A program made the position numbers and the translations under genes. From assembly GCA_965240325.2 (NCBI GenBank), contig OZ251224.1, positions 1,178,001 through 1,242,000 of the forward strand: a DNA stretch of 64,000 nt, read 5' to 3'. Positions 35,058 through 47,364 of the stretch are shown one piece after another (position 1 is the stretch's first letter; each line of letters opens with the position of its first letter). A model generated the notes under the pieces. That model had not been told where the DNA came from. It ran no database searches and saw only the letters and a program-made list of their open reading frames with translations. Origin of the DNA: Rebecca billardiae RCC1528. Taxonomy: Eukaryota; Protista; Haptophyta.

Positions 35058-36568
35058 ATGTCGGCCGACGACGTGAGCGGAGAGAACGGGGCGAAGCCGC
35101 CTCTTCCCACGGCGCGCCTGCTGCGAAGGCTCTCTTCGAAATCGCTCTTCTCGGCCGTGATCCATGACACGTCCATGTCGGGGGGACGTGCTGCGGCGCT
35201 GGCGGAAGGTCGCAGCGGGTCGGCTGGCGATGAGCAGTTCACGCTGCTGACGGACTCGAGCTCGCTTGACACGCTCTCGAACCAGCTGTGGCTGGCGTAC
35301 ACCGCCCTCCAGCGCGAGCAGGCGGGCAAGCCCGAGGCCGACCCGGGCGTGCTCGTCGTGCTGGTCGGCTCCGAGTCAACAAAGATCTTTGCGCACAAGC
35401 ACATCGTCGATGCGCGCATGCCGCACATCTCGACGCTGGCGAAGGGATCGAACTCGTCGGCTGGCGAGGTGTTCCTCCCCGAGCTCCACTACGACGCCGT
35501 GTCCGCCCTCTTCAAGTGGGCGTACACAGGCAAGCTGCTCGTGACCACGTCGACGATGATCCCGATCCTCGAGGCCGCGCACTTCCTCGGCATCGGCTCG
35601 ACCAAAAACCTGATCACGGGGTACATGCGGGAGAACCTCTCGGCGGAGAGCGTGTGGGACATCCTCGACCTGGCGCGCTCGACGGCCAACGACGAGCTCT
35701 CCGACGGCTGCCTCGCGTACATCGCCAACCACACGAAGGAGGTGCTCGCGTCGCGCACGTCGTTCCTCAGGACGTCGCCCGAGCTCGTGCTCGCGATGCT
35801 GCAGCGCGACGACCTGGGCGGCGTCGGCGAGGCGGAGCTCTTCGGCGCGGTGATGGACTGGTGGGAGTGCCGCGTCGACTCGAGCCCGACCATCCTCGCC
35901 GAGCTGCTCGAGCACATCTGCTTCCCCTCCATGTCCAAGTCGGACCTGGAGGAGGTGATCCCATCGGGCGTGGTGCCCGCGCACCTGATCGAGGAGGCCA
36001 AGCGCTGCCTGGACGAGCCGCGCGCGCTCAAGGACGTGCCGTGGCAGCGGCGGTGTCGGGACCCGTCGGCGAAGGACTCGAACGTCACCGCGTACCACGT
36101 GAGCGGCGCGGGCATCGTCGAGGCCAACGGCGTGTACGTCCGCGACGGCGAGCACGACGGAGTTCCCATGTACACGCGCGGCCAGCTCGTGCTGATGCGC
36201 TGCCAGCTCACGCACAAGTGGTGGTACATCTCCCACCGCCGCGACATGTCGAGCCCGGAGGGCGGGTTCTATCGGTGCGCCTCGCTCGCGCCTCTCCCGC
36301 CCAGCCTCCGCACGCACCGCCCGTCAAGATCAAGAGCGCGCGGCCGGCTCACACGCGGGCGCGCGCGCACGTGCCGTGTGGATGTCGTCCGCCCGCCCGC
36401 AGGATCAAGAGCGAGAGCGAACTGCCGCCCACCCCCGGATACTCTGGCTCTGGAGATCTTTGGGGCCTGGCCCACGATGGCATCCCGCCCTTGCCCGTCG
36501 TCAAGATCGCGACCCGAATGCAGAAGATCGAGGAGCTCCGCCGTCGGGAAGCGGAGGCCGCAGCGTAA
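35058..36568 (+). CDS. BTB/POZ-BACK domain protein, 2 exons (35058-36274, 36403-36568)
   Basis: IFAHKHIV..LFKWAYTGKL..ILEAAHFLGI (BTB) and L.RDDL...EAELFGAVMDW..LLEHICFP.M (BACK). The intron at 36275-36402 gives ..GFYRIKSESELPP.. Confidence 0.85.
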
Positions 36569-36978
36569 GCGCGCGCAACTCGCCCACGTCCGCACCGCGA
36601 GCTCACCTGGCTGGCTGTCGCCGAGCACCTGCCTGCTGGTCCTGCCTGGCGTAGATCCTTCAGAGAAGGACCACCTCCGGCTGGCTGGCGTCTGGCGTAG
36701 CACGACTGCAAATGCAGCTTCTGCGAGTTGCGGCGGCAGATGCTGCAGCGCAGCTCGGAGCCAGGCCGTGACACTGCTCTAAGACTGACGTCGCCGTTCG
36801 TAACGTTGGCATCACCGCATGTTGTGCCTGTAGTTGCTGCGGCTTCGCCGTCCCACGTACCGGCGGCTACCGCCCTCGGCCTCGGGGCACCGTCACAGTA
36901 GAGTCACACTGCCGCGGCAATGGGCACGGGCTACGTATAGCTACTGCCGGACTGCGTCTGCGTGCCGGTTAGGTCGGA

Positions 36979-37111
<133 letters not shown>

Positions 37112-37845
37112 GACGATTCAGTATCTAGGATTACATACAGCAGGGTCAGCAGGCTAGTTGAACAGCCTTCACAGCTAGCAGGCTTATTCGCTCGCGGATT
37201 ATCGTCCGAAGATGATGCATCGGCCGGATGACTGATATGACCGACGATATAAGTTATAACATAAGTGGCACTGTCAGCCGTGTCAGCGAGTGCCGGACTG
37301 ACGGACTCGGTCGGAGTGCGATGCCGATGGTCATGGACATGGTGCCACTGCCATCGTCACGCTGCCAGTGTCGTGCTGACCTGATCGAGTCGTCGAGAGC
37401 GGTCATCGGTCATCTTACTCTTAGGAATCGTACGGTGGGCGCGGTGGCAGTCAGTGTCACACTCACTCTCAGGCGTCAGTCAGTCTCAGTGGTCCTCACA
37501 CTCACAGTGGTCGTCAGCCTTGGAATCTTGGAAGTGCTGTGTAAGCTACTCAGCGTCGACCGCAGCCACTGCCGCAGGCACCGCAGCCAGTGCCCACCAG
37601 TGCCATCTAGATAGATAGATATAGATATAGCGATATATATATATATATATATTGTAACTATATATATATATATAGTGTGAGTGATGATGACGAGTTCATA
37701 TAGCGCGGCATTATATTATTAGCTTAAAATCATTGCTCGTCGGGCGCGAGTCTCTGTCGTCCGTGAATATTACGTATGTCAGTGTTACCACTGTAATATA
37801 TATATTTATAAAAATCATTCACTCAGTGTGACGACAGCATCAGCA

Positions 37846-38925
37846 CTACGAAGCTGGCGTCGGCGACGGATGACAGAAGGCTCGCACCCAGACGCACTGC
37901 CCCACAGCGCACCTGCCACTTTTCTCGAGGAAGGCGCTGACGACTGCGCTCTGCTGCGGCGTGGCTGCTCCCCGAGCCTCGACGCGCTCAGCCCGCTCGG
38001 CGTCGCCGTCGGCGGGCGACTCTAGGCTTGTTCGTGGGCGCGCTGGGATCGCGTTCAGAGTCATCAGCACGCGCACGTCGCTCACAGAGCGCCACGAGAG
38101 ACCCAGCGCCGCCTTGATGCAGCTGTGCGTGACGCCCTCGCACATGTTCTGCTTGTCGGCGGTGACGACAGTGTTGGCGACGAGCACAGCAACGTTGCGC
38201 GCGGCGATGTCGTGCAGCAGCTGCGAGAGGGCGAGCATCCACATCTGGCCCGTCTGCGTGCCTCGAGCGAGGATGGGCACGAGTGGCAGCGAGACGCAGT
38301 CGACGATCACGGCCGTCAGGTCCGCCGCCCACCCACGCCCATCCAGCTGGTCGTGGTGTGCGCGCGCGAGCGCCTGCACGAGCTCATCCGTCTCGTGCAG
38401 CCGCAGGACGTGCACCCGGCCCAGCGCGTCGTGGAGAGTCGTCATGTCGAGGGCGTCGCGGTCGGGCGCGATCCTGCGGCACTCATAAGCGAGGCGCTGC
38501 GCGCTGAAGCTGTTCGTCGTGTCGATGTACAGCACGGGCGCGCGCATCACGAGCGCGGCGTGAGCACAGACGGACAGGCAGACGCGCGTCTTGCCCACGC
38601 CAGACCGCCCGGCGATCTCGCTGACCTCGCCGCTGAGAAAGCCGCCACCAATGAGCGCGTCAAGCTCCGTGCATGTTGGCACCATGAACGCCGTCGACAT
38701 GCGCTCCGACCAAAGCTGCGCACAGCTCCTCGGCCGAGCAGCATGGAGGGCGGCAGCTTGCGTGTGCGCCGCTTGGAGCGCCGACTTCTCGACCGTGGGC
38801 GTGCGCGCGGAGATGACATCGACGCTGCCGGATATGATATCGGCTATCGTCGTGATGCCGCGGCTCACAAGCTCCTCGACATCATGCTCGCTGAGGCCAC
38901 CGTCGCGGAGGAGCAGGGCGGACAT
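37846..38925 (-). CDS. RAD51D: RAD51 paralog D
   Basis: LDALIGGGFLSGEVSEIAGRSGVGKT (Walker A), VLYIDTTNSFSAQRL, VIVDCV (Walker B) and AALGLSW..V...R, typical of RAD51D. Confidence 0.85.
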   Translation of the reverse strand: MSALLLRDGGLSEHDVEELVSRGITTIADIISGSVDVISARTPTVEKSALQAAHTQAAALHAARPRSCAQLWSERMSTAFMVPTCTELDALIGGGFLSGEVSEIAGRSGVGKTRVCLSVCAHAALVMRAPVLYIDTTNSFSAQRLAYECRRIAPDRDALDMTTLHDALGRVHVLRLHETDELVQALARAHHDQLDGRGWAADLTAVIVDCVSLPLVPILARGTQTGQMWMLALSQLLHDIAARNVAVLVANTVVTADKQNMCEGVTHSCIKAALGLSWRSVSDVRVLMTLNAIPARPRTSLESPADGDAERAERVEARGAATPQQSAVVSAFLEKSGRCAVGQCVWVRAFCHPSPTPAS

Positions 38926-39129
38926 CGCGCGCGGCGCGTCCTCCGATAAGACCAGTGGCGCCGCCTGGCGCGTGAGGCCAACGGCCGTCTGCCGGGGATT
39001 TGACGGGACACGGGGGTTCGTTGATTTGAAGTGCCCGCGATGGAGTCGCCACCGCGGCTCGCGGGGCTGGGAGGCCTGGTGTAGCCAAAGGGACATCCCA
39101 TGGCCGCAAAGGGTTCGGCGGGGCTCAGG

Positions 39130-42100
39130 ATGAGCGCCGTCGCCGTCGAGTCGGTCGACGCCAGCATCGAGTCGCACGCCAGCGAGCCGGTCCCCGAACG
39201 CGCCATACTCAGTCAATCCGAGCGATCGCAGGCGGAGCCTGAGAATCGGCAGCTGCGCAAGCGCCTCGCGCACATGCAAGCGCACTCGTCGCAGCAGGCA
39301 CGGATCGAGCAGCTCGAGACGGAGCTGAAAACGGCCGAGCGTCGGGCCACGCTCGAGCGCAAGCAGCTCCTGAGCGAGCGAGACCGGCGGCGCTCTGCGA
39401 GCCAGCGCGCCGCAGAGCTGCAGCAGCGCTTGGAGCGCGCGCTGCAAGAGCGCACGGGCCGAGCTCCCGCGCCAGGTGCACGGACGGCCGTGCTCATCGA
39501 TACGCCATACCGCGCGTGGCAGGAGCTACCACGCACCGACCCGCCGCCCACGCCGGCCGGGCCCAACGCGCCGCGCGCGCAGCCCACGGCCGGAGCTTCA
39601 GAGCAGCAGCCACAGCCGCCGCCACAGCCGCAGGCGCACGGGGAGGAGGAGGAGCCGCGCGCCGGGCGGACGGCGCTCGAGGCCGCGCTCGTCGAGAGCG
39701 AGGCCGCGCGCGACGGCCTCACCTTCCGCGTGAACGAGCTCGAGGCGTCGCTCGAGCTCAGCCACTCGGAGCTGGCCAGGGCGCACGCGCGCGCCGGAGA
39801 GCTGCGCTCGAGGGTGGCGGCGCAGCGGGCGCGGGCGCGCGCGCAGGCGGCGCACGGCGCGCGCGTGTTCGCGGCGGATGTGCGCGAGCTCACAGGCGCG
39901 CTCGTGCACATGCTCGCGGGCGAGCGCACGGCGCTGCTCGGCGCGCGCGCCATCGCGAAGAAGGAGAAGGGCGCGGCGGCGCAGCAGCGCACAGCCCTGG
40001 AGGAGGCGGAGGCGCGCGCGCGCTCGCTGGAGCAGCAGCTGGCTGCGGCAGGCACGCGCGCGGCCGAGGCGACGCAGCACAGCCGGCAGCTGAGCGCGCA
40101 GCTGCGCGAGTCGCAGCGCCGCGAGCAGCTGCTGCGCGCGACGCGCGTCGGCTCGGAGCGCATCGTGCGCGCGCCGAGCGCAGCCGCCGGGCTGCCGGGC
40201 GGCGCCGGGGCAACCGACGGCCGCGTCGAGCGCGAGCGCGAGGGCCGCGCCGAGGGCGAGGGCGAGGGCGTGGCGGCGGCGCGCCCGGCGGCGGCGCGCA
40301 GCGAGCGCGCAGGCGGCGCGCCGCCGGATGCGGCGGCAGCGTCAGCTGGCGAGGAGGACGCGCCGTCGAGCCCGAGCCGCGCCGTCCAGGCCGCCCTCGG
40401 GCACCGGGGCGCCGAGGGGCGCGCAGCAGGCGGCTCGGCCTCGGCGCGCGAGAGGGCGCGCGCGGTCGCGGGCACACGCCTTGCCCTCGCCGCCGCGCAC
40501 GCGGCGCTGCGCGAGCGGCTGGCGCGCGCGCTGCACAGCTGGCAGCTCGCGTGCCACATCTTCGCCGAGCGGCGCACGCGCGGCCTGCTCATGGCCGCGC
40601 AGCAGGCGCTCGCCGCCGAGCGGCTGCGCTTGAGGCAGCACGAGCTCGCGCTGAGCGCGCGCAGCTCGGAGGCGGCGGAGCGGATGCAGCGCACCTCGGC
40701 GCTGCAGCGGCAGCGGCTGCTGTCCGAGCACCAGAGGCACGAGGCCGCGCTGCAGCGGCACGTGCTCGAGGCCGAGGGCCGCGCCGCGCGGCTGAGCGGC
40801 GCGCTCGAGCGCGCGGTCGAGCGTGTGAGCGTCGAGCGCGCGCGCGCGCGCACGCCGCCTCCGCGCCGGCCGGCGCCGATGCCGCGGCCGCGCGCGCAGA
40901 GCATGCCGCCCTCGCCCGCCGCGGGCCGGCGGCTCTCGATCGACGTGGTGAGCCTCGTGCGGCAGAGTAGCGAGCGCGCGGCGCGCGAGTCCGTGGCGGA
41001 GCGCCTCCGCGAGGCGGACACCGTCTCGACCGCGGCGTTCAGGCGCGGGTACGTCGACGGCTATGCGTGCGAGGCGCACCACGCGCACGCGCTCCCGCGC
41101 ACCGCCGACCGCGCCGGGCTGCCGAGCGCGAGCGTGCGCGCGGGCGTGCGCGCGGGCGCGCGCTGGCTGCACGAGTCGAGGCGGCACACGCACGCGCACG
41201 CGCACGTCGAGAGTTACGCGCACGAGCACGCGGCGCGGCTCGAGCTGGGCGGCGGCGGCGGTGGTCTGGTCGCGGCGGCCGCGCGGCCGCCCGCCCCGCC
41301 GGGCAGCGAGGAGGAGGAGGGGGCGGACACGGACAGCACGCTCACCACCGCAGCGCCGGGCGTGCACGCCGAGCCGGCGGGGGCGGCGGGCGGCGCCGAG
41401 CCCGGCGCGGACGCCGCCGCCGACGCCGACGCGGCCCTCGCGGCGGCCGAGCTCGCGCGCCGCCGCTCCGCCATCGAGGCCCTGGGCGCACACGTCGATG
41501 AGCTCGTGAGCCGCGGCGCGCGGACGATGGAGATCTGGCGGGCGGGCAGGGCGCACGCGGTGCTGCTCACGGCGCGCGAGCTGCGGCTGCTGCGCGCGCT
41601 CGCGGAGTGGCAGGCGGCGGCGTTCGCGATGCGGCACGCCGACGCCTCGGCGCGCGCGCTCGAGGCCGACCTCGCCTCGACGCGCGCGCGCGTGTCGCAC
41701 GCGTCGCAGCATGCCGCCCTCGCGTCCGCGGAGGCGCATGAGGCGCGCAGCGCGCACGCGCTGCTCGGCGCCGCGCTGGACGAGGCGGAGTCGCAGGCGC
41801 GCAGCAGCTCGAGCGCCGCCGCGGCGAATGGGGTCGCGGCCGCCTCGCTCCGCGCCGAGCTCGGGCTCGCCGAGTCCCTCCTGAGCGCGGAGGTGGCGCG
41901 CTCGGCCGCCGCGGACACGGCTCACGCCGCGCTCGCGCGCGCGCTCCGCGCTAGCCTCGCCGACGCGGACGCCGAGCTGGGCGCCACCTCGGAGGGCGCG
42001 GAGCACACCGTCGCCCTCCTCGGGCACAGCCAGGCGCTGTGCGCCGCGCTCGGCGCGCGCGTGGACGCGCTCGCGGCCGAGCGCACCCTCGGCGCCGCCG

Positions 42101-43163
42101 CTGCCGCAGAGGCTGTCGATGGGCAGTCGCGGCGCGCGTCGAGTGCGGAGGCGACGCTCAGCGCGCTCGAGGGGCGCGTGCACACCAAGGCGGTGCAGCT
42201 GCGCGCCAGATCGCACGAGATCGAGAGGCTGCAGGTGCGGCGCGGCGCAGCTCGCGCACCCGCGTCGGCGCGCGCGCGCGCGCGCGGTGGCGCCGTGCGT
42301 GCCCGCGTGTGTGGCGCGCCGCCGCGTGCGCGCGCTCACCCTGCGCGAGCGCGCGCGCCGCCCCGCGCGCCCGGCGCGCGAGCGCAGACGCAGCTGCGCG
42401 CGGCGCACGAGGACGCTTCGGCCGAGGGCGGCCGGCTGCGCGAGCAGCTGCTGCGGGAGCGCACGCGCGCGCGCGCCGAGGCGGAGAGGCACCAGGTTGT
42501 GCTGCGCGAGGCGCGCGAGCTGCGCACGCGCCAGCTCTCGCTGCGAAGGGCGGCGGGAGGCTCGCTCGCGCGCGCGCTGCGTGCCCTCTCCGCGCTGCGC
42601 GGCGCGTGTGCGCGGCTGGCGCTGCTGCGCTGGGCGAGCGCGGCCGCCTTCCTCCAGGTCGGCTCCGCGTCCGCCACCATCTCCGGACTGCACCACCGGC
42701 TCCAGGTGCGGCCGAGCGCGCGCCAGCCGTGTGCGCGCCAGCCGCGCGCGCCGCGCCCCAGCAGCTGACACGCGCGCCGAGCCGACCCGCGCTGCCCGGT
42801 GCGCGCGCACGCCCGCAGGTCGCGCGCCAGGGGCAGGCGGACGCGAACGCGGGCGCAGCGCACGCGCGCGAGCTCCTGCAGAGCGCGCTGAGCGCGAGAG
42901 ACGTCGCGGAGGACGCCGCGCGCCGGAGCATGGCGGCGCTGCAGGCGTCGGTGGAGGAGCGCAACCGGCTGGTCGCCGAGCTGCGCACCCGCGAGGTGTC
43001 GGCGACGCAACTAGAGACGAGGGTGCTGGCATCGCAGATCGAGCAGACGACGTGGTACCAACGCTCCGTGTCTGCGGCGGCTTCAGCCGCCGATGAAGTG
43101 GACGAGCTCGCTGGCTCGGCCGCGCTGCCGGCAGTGACGCACGACGATGCCATTGGCGCCTGA
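39130..43163 (+). CDS. Large Ala/Arg/Glu-rich coiled-coil protein, at least 3 exons (introns 42235-42387, 42706-42818)
   Basis: Long frame with heptad-rich segments. GT-AG introns remove low-complexity GC runs and connect to the frame ending at 43163. Start may be 39100 or 39130. Confidence 0.65.
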
Positions 43164-43236
43164 GACGTCAGACAGAAAGATCGTCATGACGATGCACCCC
43201 CGCCTAAGTAGCTTAGTAAGTTAATTCGGGGAGTAC

Positions 43237-43284
43237 AGTTTACTAATAAGAATAAGGGACGCACACAGCTCAGGCAGGCGAGAT
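43237..43284 (+). repeat. Solo terminus of the same MITE family
   Basis: TA|CAGTTTACTAATAAGAATAAGGGACGCACACAGCTCAGGCAGGCGAGAT. Confidence 0.75.
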
Positions 43285-43304
43285 TACAGTAGTACTCATC
43301 ATTA

Positions 43305-44951
43305 TGGCCCGCGGTGCAGGGCGGAGCGCGCAGCGTGGAGCCCGCTCCGTGGGCCCTAACCACGTTTCAAAAAGATCTTTGATCATCAAGAAAAAAGGGA
43401 CGGGGGACGATTTTCATGGCTGGAGGAGACCGAGTTTCGAATTTTGAGACCCTCTCTAACACGCATCACGGCCGAAAAAGGTCGCGCCCACGGCAAGTTC
43501 ATAGTAAAGCGTGGAGTGACGCCCGTCCAAAAAACTTCACGCCCTTTAGGATCCCTAACGTAACGAACCGTTACAAGCGATTTTTTCCGGCCAATGAGAT
43601 TGCAGCAAGGTCCAAGGAGCGATGACGTATCTAGATAGAGATTGCCGCGAACCGATGTGACCATGTACGTCCCTTGAATCAGTTGAATCAACTATTCAAT
43701 CGCGCCGTGTCTGTATCAGGAGCCGACGAGGCAAGGGTCATTAGTAGCCGATGGGCCAACCTCGGCGAATCTCAATACTATCTGACACCGGAAGCGGGAG
43801 CCGGGGCGCGCGGGCCCGCGTTTTGTACGCCACGGCTGCGGCGAGACCGCGAGAGGAGGCGAGCTGACGAGCGACCGACGGGTGAGGACGGCGATGGGCA
43901 GGTGCGCGCGGCGAGTTGCGCCTGGAGCGCGCGGCTGCGGCGGGTCCCGACTGCCGTCGACATCGCGTTCGTGCCCCCGCTCACTCCGCGCGCCCCCGCC
44001 GCCCCGTGTCGATGCCTGCGCGCGGCCGCGCGCCGGTCGGCGCCGGGGCGCCCCGGCCGCGCCGCGGCAGCCGCCCTGTATTCGGGCTCTCGCAAGCTCG
44101 GGGGCAGCGGCGCCTGATGCCGGACTGATCGATCTCTGAGTCTTCGACTTCACCACGCGCCGCCCTTGCCATGCCTTTCCGGGGAGCGCCGACGATCCGA
44201 GTCCATCGTCGACGGTCGACTCTGAGCGAGGGCTACGCCTCGGAACTGAACGGTACTCTACGAGGAGGACGAGCTGAACGGGCGACGGTGGTGCGTGACG
44301 TCCCCAGAGCTGGCTGTGCCTCTGCAACGCGTGCCGAGCCTGATCGAGGTGTGTCAGCCCGTGCACGCGCGGCGTGCGCGAACGATCCGTGACTGGTGCC
44401 CAGTCGCACCTCCGACCTCGGCACCGTGCTCCCTCGGGCTGTCAGCTCCGCGTGGCCTGGCGTGCACGTCGAGTTGCGCTCATGCGTCGATCACGCCTCG
44501 CGCCCGCCTGTCGGCCGTCGCGCAGGCGCTGGTCGAACCCTACTCGGACCAGTGCAAATCATCTAACTATCCTGGCGCTGCCGGTGCGCGGTGACCCGCG
44601 GCGGGACAGCGGTCAGTCAGCAGCAGCGGCCCGAACGAATCCGCGGCCCCGCACCGTGCTCCCTGGCTGTCAGCTTCGCGTGGCCTGGCGTGCACGTGGA
44701 GTCGCGCTCATGCGTCGATCACGCCTCGTCGCATCCGCCTGTACACAATCGGCGCCGCGCCGGCGGCTGCGAACGAAGTGCGCCGATGGGCCCGCGCCCC
44801 GGGGGCGGCGGGCGGCGGCGCGCCGCTGGAGTCTAGTTGTACGGGCATGCAACTCCGGGTCTGTCAATAGACGACTGCGATGGAGGGTGCACCGCCACCG
44901 CGGGCCCTGAACTACGTTCGTTCTACGGAAAAGGACCGCGGAACGCGGTCA
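43305..44951 (+). mobile_element. Non-autonomous Helitron2/Helentron-like element, copy 2
   Basis: Starts TGGCCCGCGGTGCAGG. Subterminal inverted CACCGCGGGCCC at 44896-44907 and hairpin GACCGCG-GAA-CGCGGTC at 44934-44950. Confidence 0.7.
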
Positions 44952-44962
44952 TATCAGTAGTA

Positions 44963-46575
44963 TGACCGCGTTCCGCGGTCCTCTTCCGTCGTCAGAACCA
45001 ACGAAGTTGGGGGCCCGCGGTGCAGAGTCTGTCTGTGCCGGCCGTCTGACAGTCTGTGCGGTCGCGCGGACTCGCCGCTCGCAGATCAGCCTGTGGCTCT
45101 CGTGTCAGGCAGTCAGGCATCCGTCGTGCCCATCAGCGCCAGAGCTGGCTCTCAGTCACTGAGTGAGTGAGAGCCGCCGCTCACGGTCAGCGCGCAGTCC
45201 GAGCTCCGAGCTCGCGCGCGAAACGCCCGCCCATGCGCCAGTCAAGCCGTCGAGACTCGAGACAGCTCGGATGCGGCGGACGAGAGCAAAAAGGATGTGC
45301 GCGTGGTCCAGCTCGTGCTGCGACTCGGACTCGCCCAGTCTCGTCGCCCGCAGATCTGCGCGCGCTGCTTGCCGCGCCGCTGCATCATGTGCAGCCAGAG
45401 GCTCCAGTCAGTCAGCACGCCGCACGCGGATGAGCCATCACAGCTCGGCCATGGACGGCGCGAGCGAGGGCTTGGGCGAGCGAGATGGCCGTGGTGGCTG
45501 CTCCACATCCCGACAAAACGTCCAAGACTACCCGCTCGCACCACGCCGACTGGATCAGGCGAAGGCTCCGCACTGCAGATCAGGCTCGGCGAGACGCGGC
45601 TGAACCGCGACGTCCTCGCGACCGCCCGCGCTTGAACATGCCGAGAGTTCAGCTGCGCGGCGTGCGGCGTGGCGCGCGCGGGCGCGCGCATGGATTCACG
45701 CGTTAGGATGCCCCGCGGTCTCCTCCTCGTACCGTCGCCGACTGCTCTCCGCGCGCGAGCGTCGACATCGATTCGTGTCCGCGGTCCGGTGCTCGGTTGG
45801 AAACCGCACTGACTGGGCCGAAGAGGGATCGGCAGGGCGGGGCGCGCGGGGTGAGCGGGCACGAAAGCGACGCTGACGACCGTCGGGATACCCGCCGCAG
45901 CAGCGCGCACCTGCGCTGAGTCCGTCGGATTGAACGATCGTGCGCTGCCGCAGCGGGCCGCCCCTCGGCCTCCGTTCGCTTTCGTTCGGCTGTGCTGGCA
46001 GTGGCCGAGGCGGCGAGGCGACGACTCCAGAGCTCAGAAGGCCGTATCCAGTATTCATCAAGGGACGAGATAGTATGAAGATTGCGTTGTGGTTGCGCGA
46101 TCAACATTTGATCATCAAACGTCGTCGCTCCTTGAATGCCGTTTTTATCGGTTGGCGGTTGGCGGCAATCTCATACTTATAAGGATAGCTGCGGCGGGTA
46201 TTTTCAATCTCTCGCACTATTGGAGTTGGTTGGACGATTATGTCAACGGTCGTTCTTGGCATCTTGCAGCGGCGAGGCCATATTATTTTACTATGGTCAC
46301 ACTACATTAAGGAGAGTCTACCCACAATTACCCTGCCTCGCACACTTGGGCGTGGGTTTCGTTGATTCCTCTGTTCACTATTCAAGACGGCGGACGCGCC
46401 CTTTTTCGACGAGGATGCACCTGTAAGGGAGTCTCAAAATTCGAAACTCGGTCTCCTCCAGCCCTGAAAATCGTCCCCCGTCCCTTTTTTCTTTGATCAA
46501 AGATCTTTTTGAAACGTGGTTCGGGCCCGCTGGTGCGGGCTCCACGCTGCGCGCTCCGCCCTGCACCGCGGGCCA
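44963..46575 (-). mobile_element. Non-autonomous Helitron2/Helentron-like element, copy 3 (tail-to-tail with copy 2)
   Basis: Hairpin at 44964-44980 and GGGCCCGCGGTGCAG at 45011. The end at 46440-46575 is nearly identical to 30655-30790. Confidence 0.7.
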
Positions 46576-46663
46576 TTATTATTACCGTTACTTTGTCGTA
46601 GCAGTCGTAACTGGCTGTCCCTGACGGTGGCAGCGCGTTGGACGAGCCTGTTTCTTTCCAATT

Positions 46664-46777
<114 letters not shown>

Positions 46778-47364
46778 TGACCATATACTCATCGTCATAC
46801 TCATAGCAGCAGATATAGATAGCTGCTACTACTGCGCGCGCGAGTTTGCAAATCGGTTCTTACTTATTCGTCTACTGCGCGACGTATTATTCGCTGACAG
46901 CTGCGACTCGGTCTGCTCATCAGCAGTGACGAGTTATTAGCAGACAGAATTATAATAGCAGTATGACGAGTCGTGATGAGTTCTGCTGCGCGAAAAGAGT
47001 AGTCGTGCTATGCGGGGGCTGTCCGAGGCTGTCATCACTGGGCCTGCGGCGGCCGGCCTGCGCAGTGCGCTGCCTGTGGAGTGTGGAGCCCGTGCGGTGT
47101 GCCCTGCTGCTCGGACAACTGCGCTGTAGTAGCAGACATTTTCAGTACTGTGTCTGTTATTACTGGCCGCTGTATATATATCATAGGGTGACTCATCCGT
47201 CTGTCGTGACAGTCATCGGTGCGCCGTAATGAAGAGTGCGCTGATGATGGCCGTATATACGGGAGGACTGACTACTGTCCCTAGCTAGACATGATCGGCT
47301 GCTCCTCTGGGAGCTCTGGGAGACTGGGACCGTGATGCTAGTTAGTATTGCAGCTGTATTGCTA

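Noticed and set aside
39213-43032. Many long antisense or alternative-frame ORFs here and across the window (e.g. 40342-43032, 48817-51099, 53306-55729, 60023-61741)
   Set aside because: They are shadow ORFs caused by stop-codon scarcity at very high GC. They are Arg/Ala/Pro-rich with no motifs.
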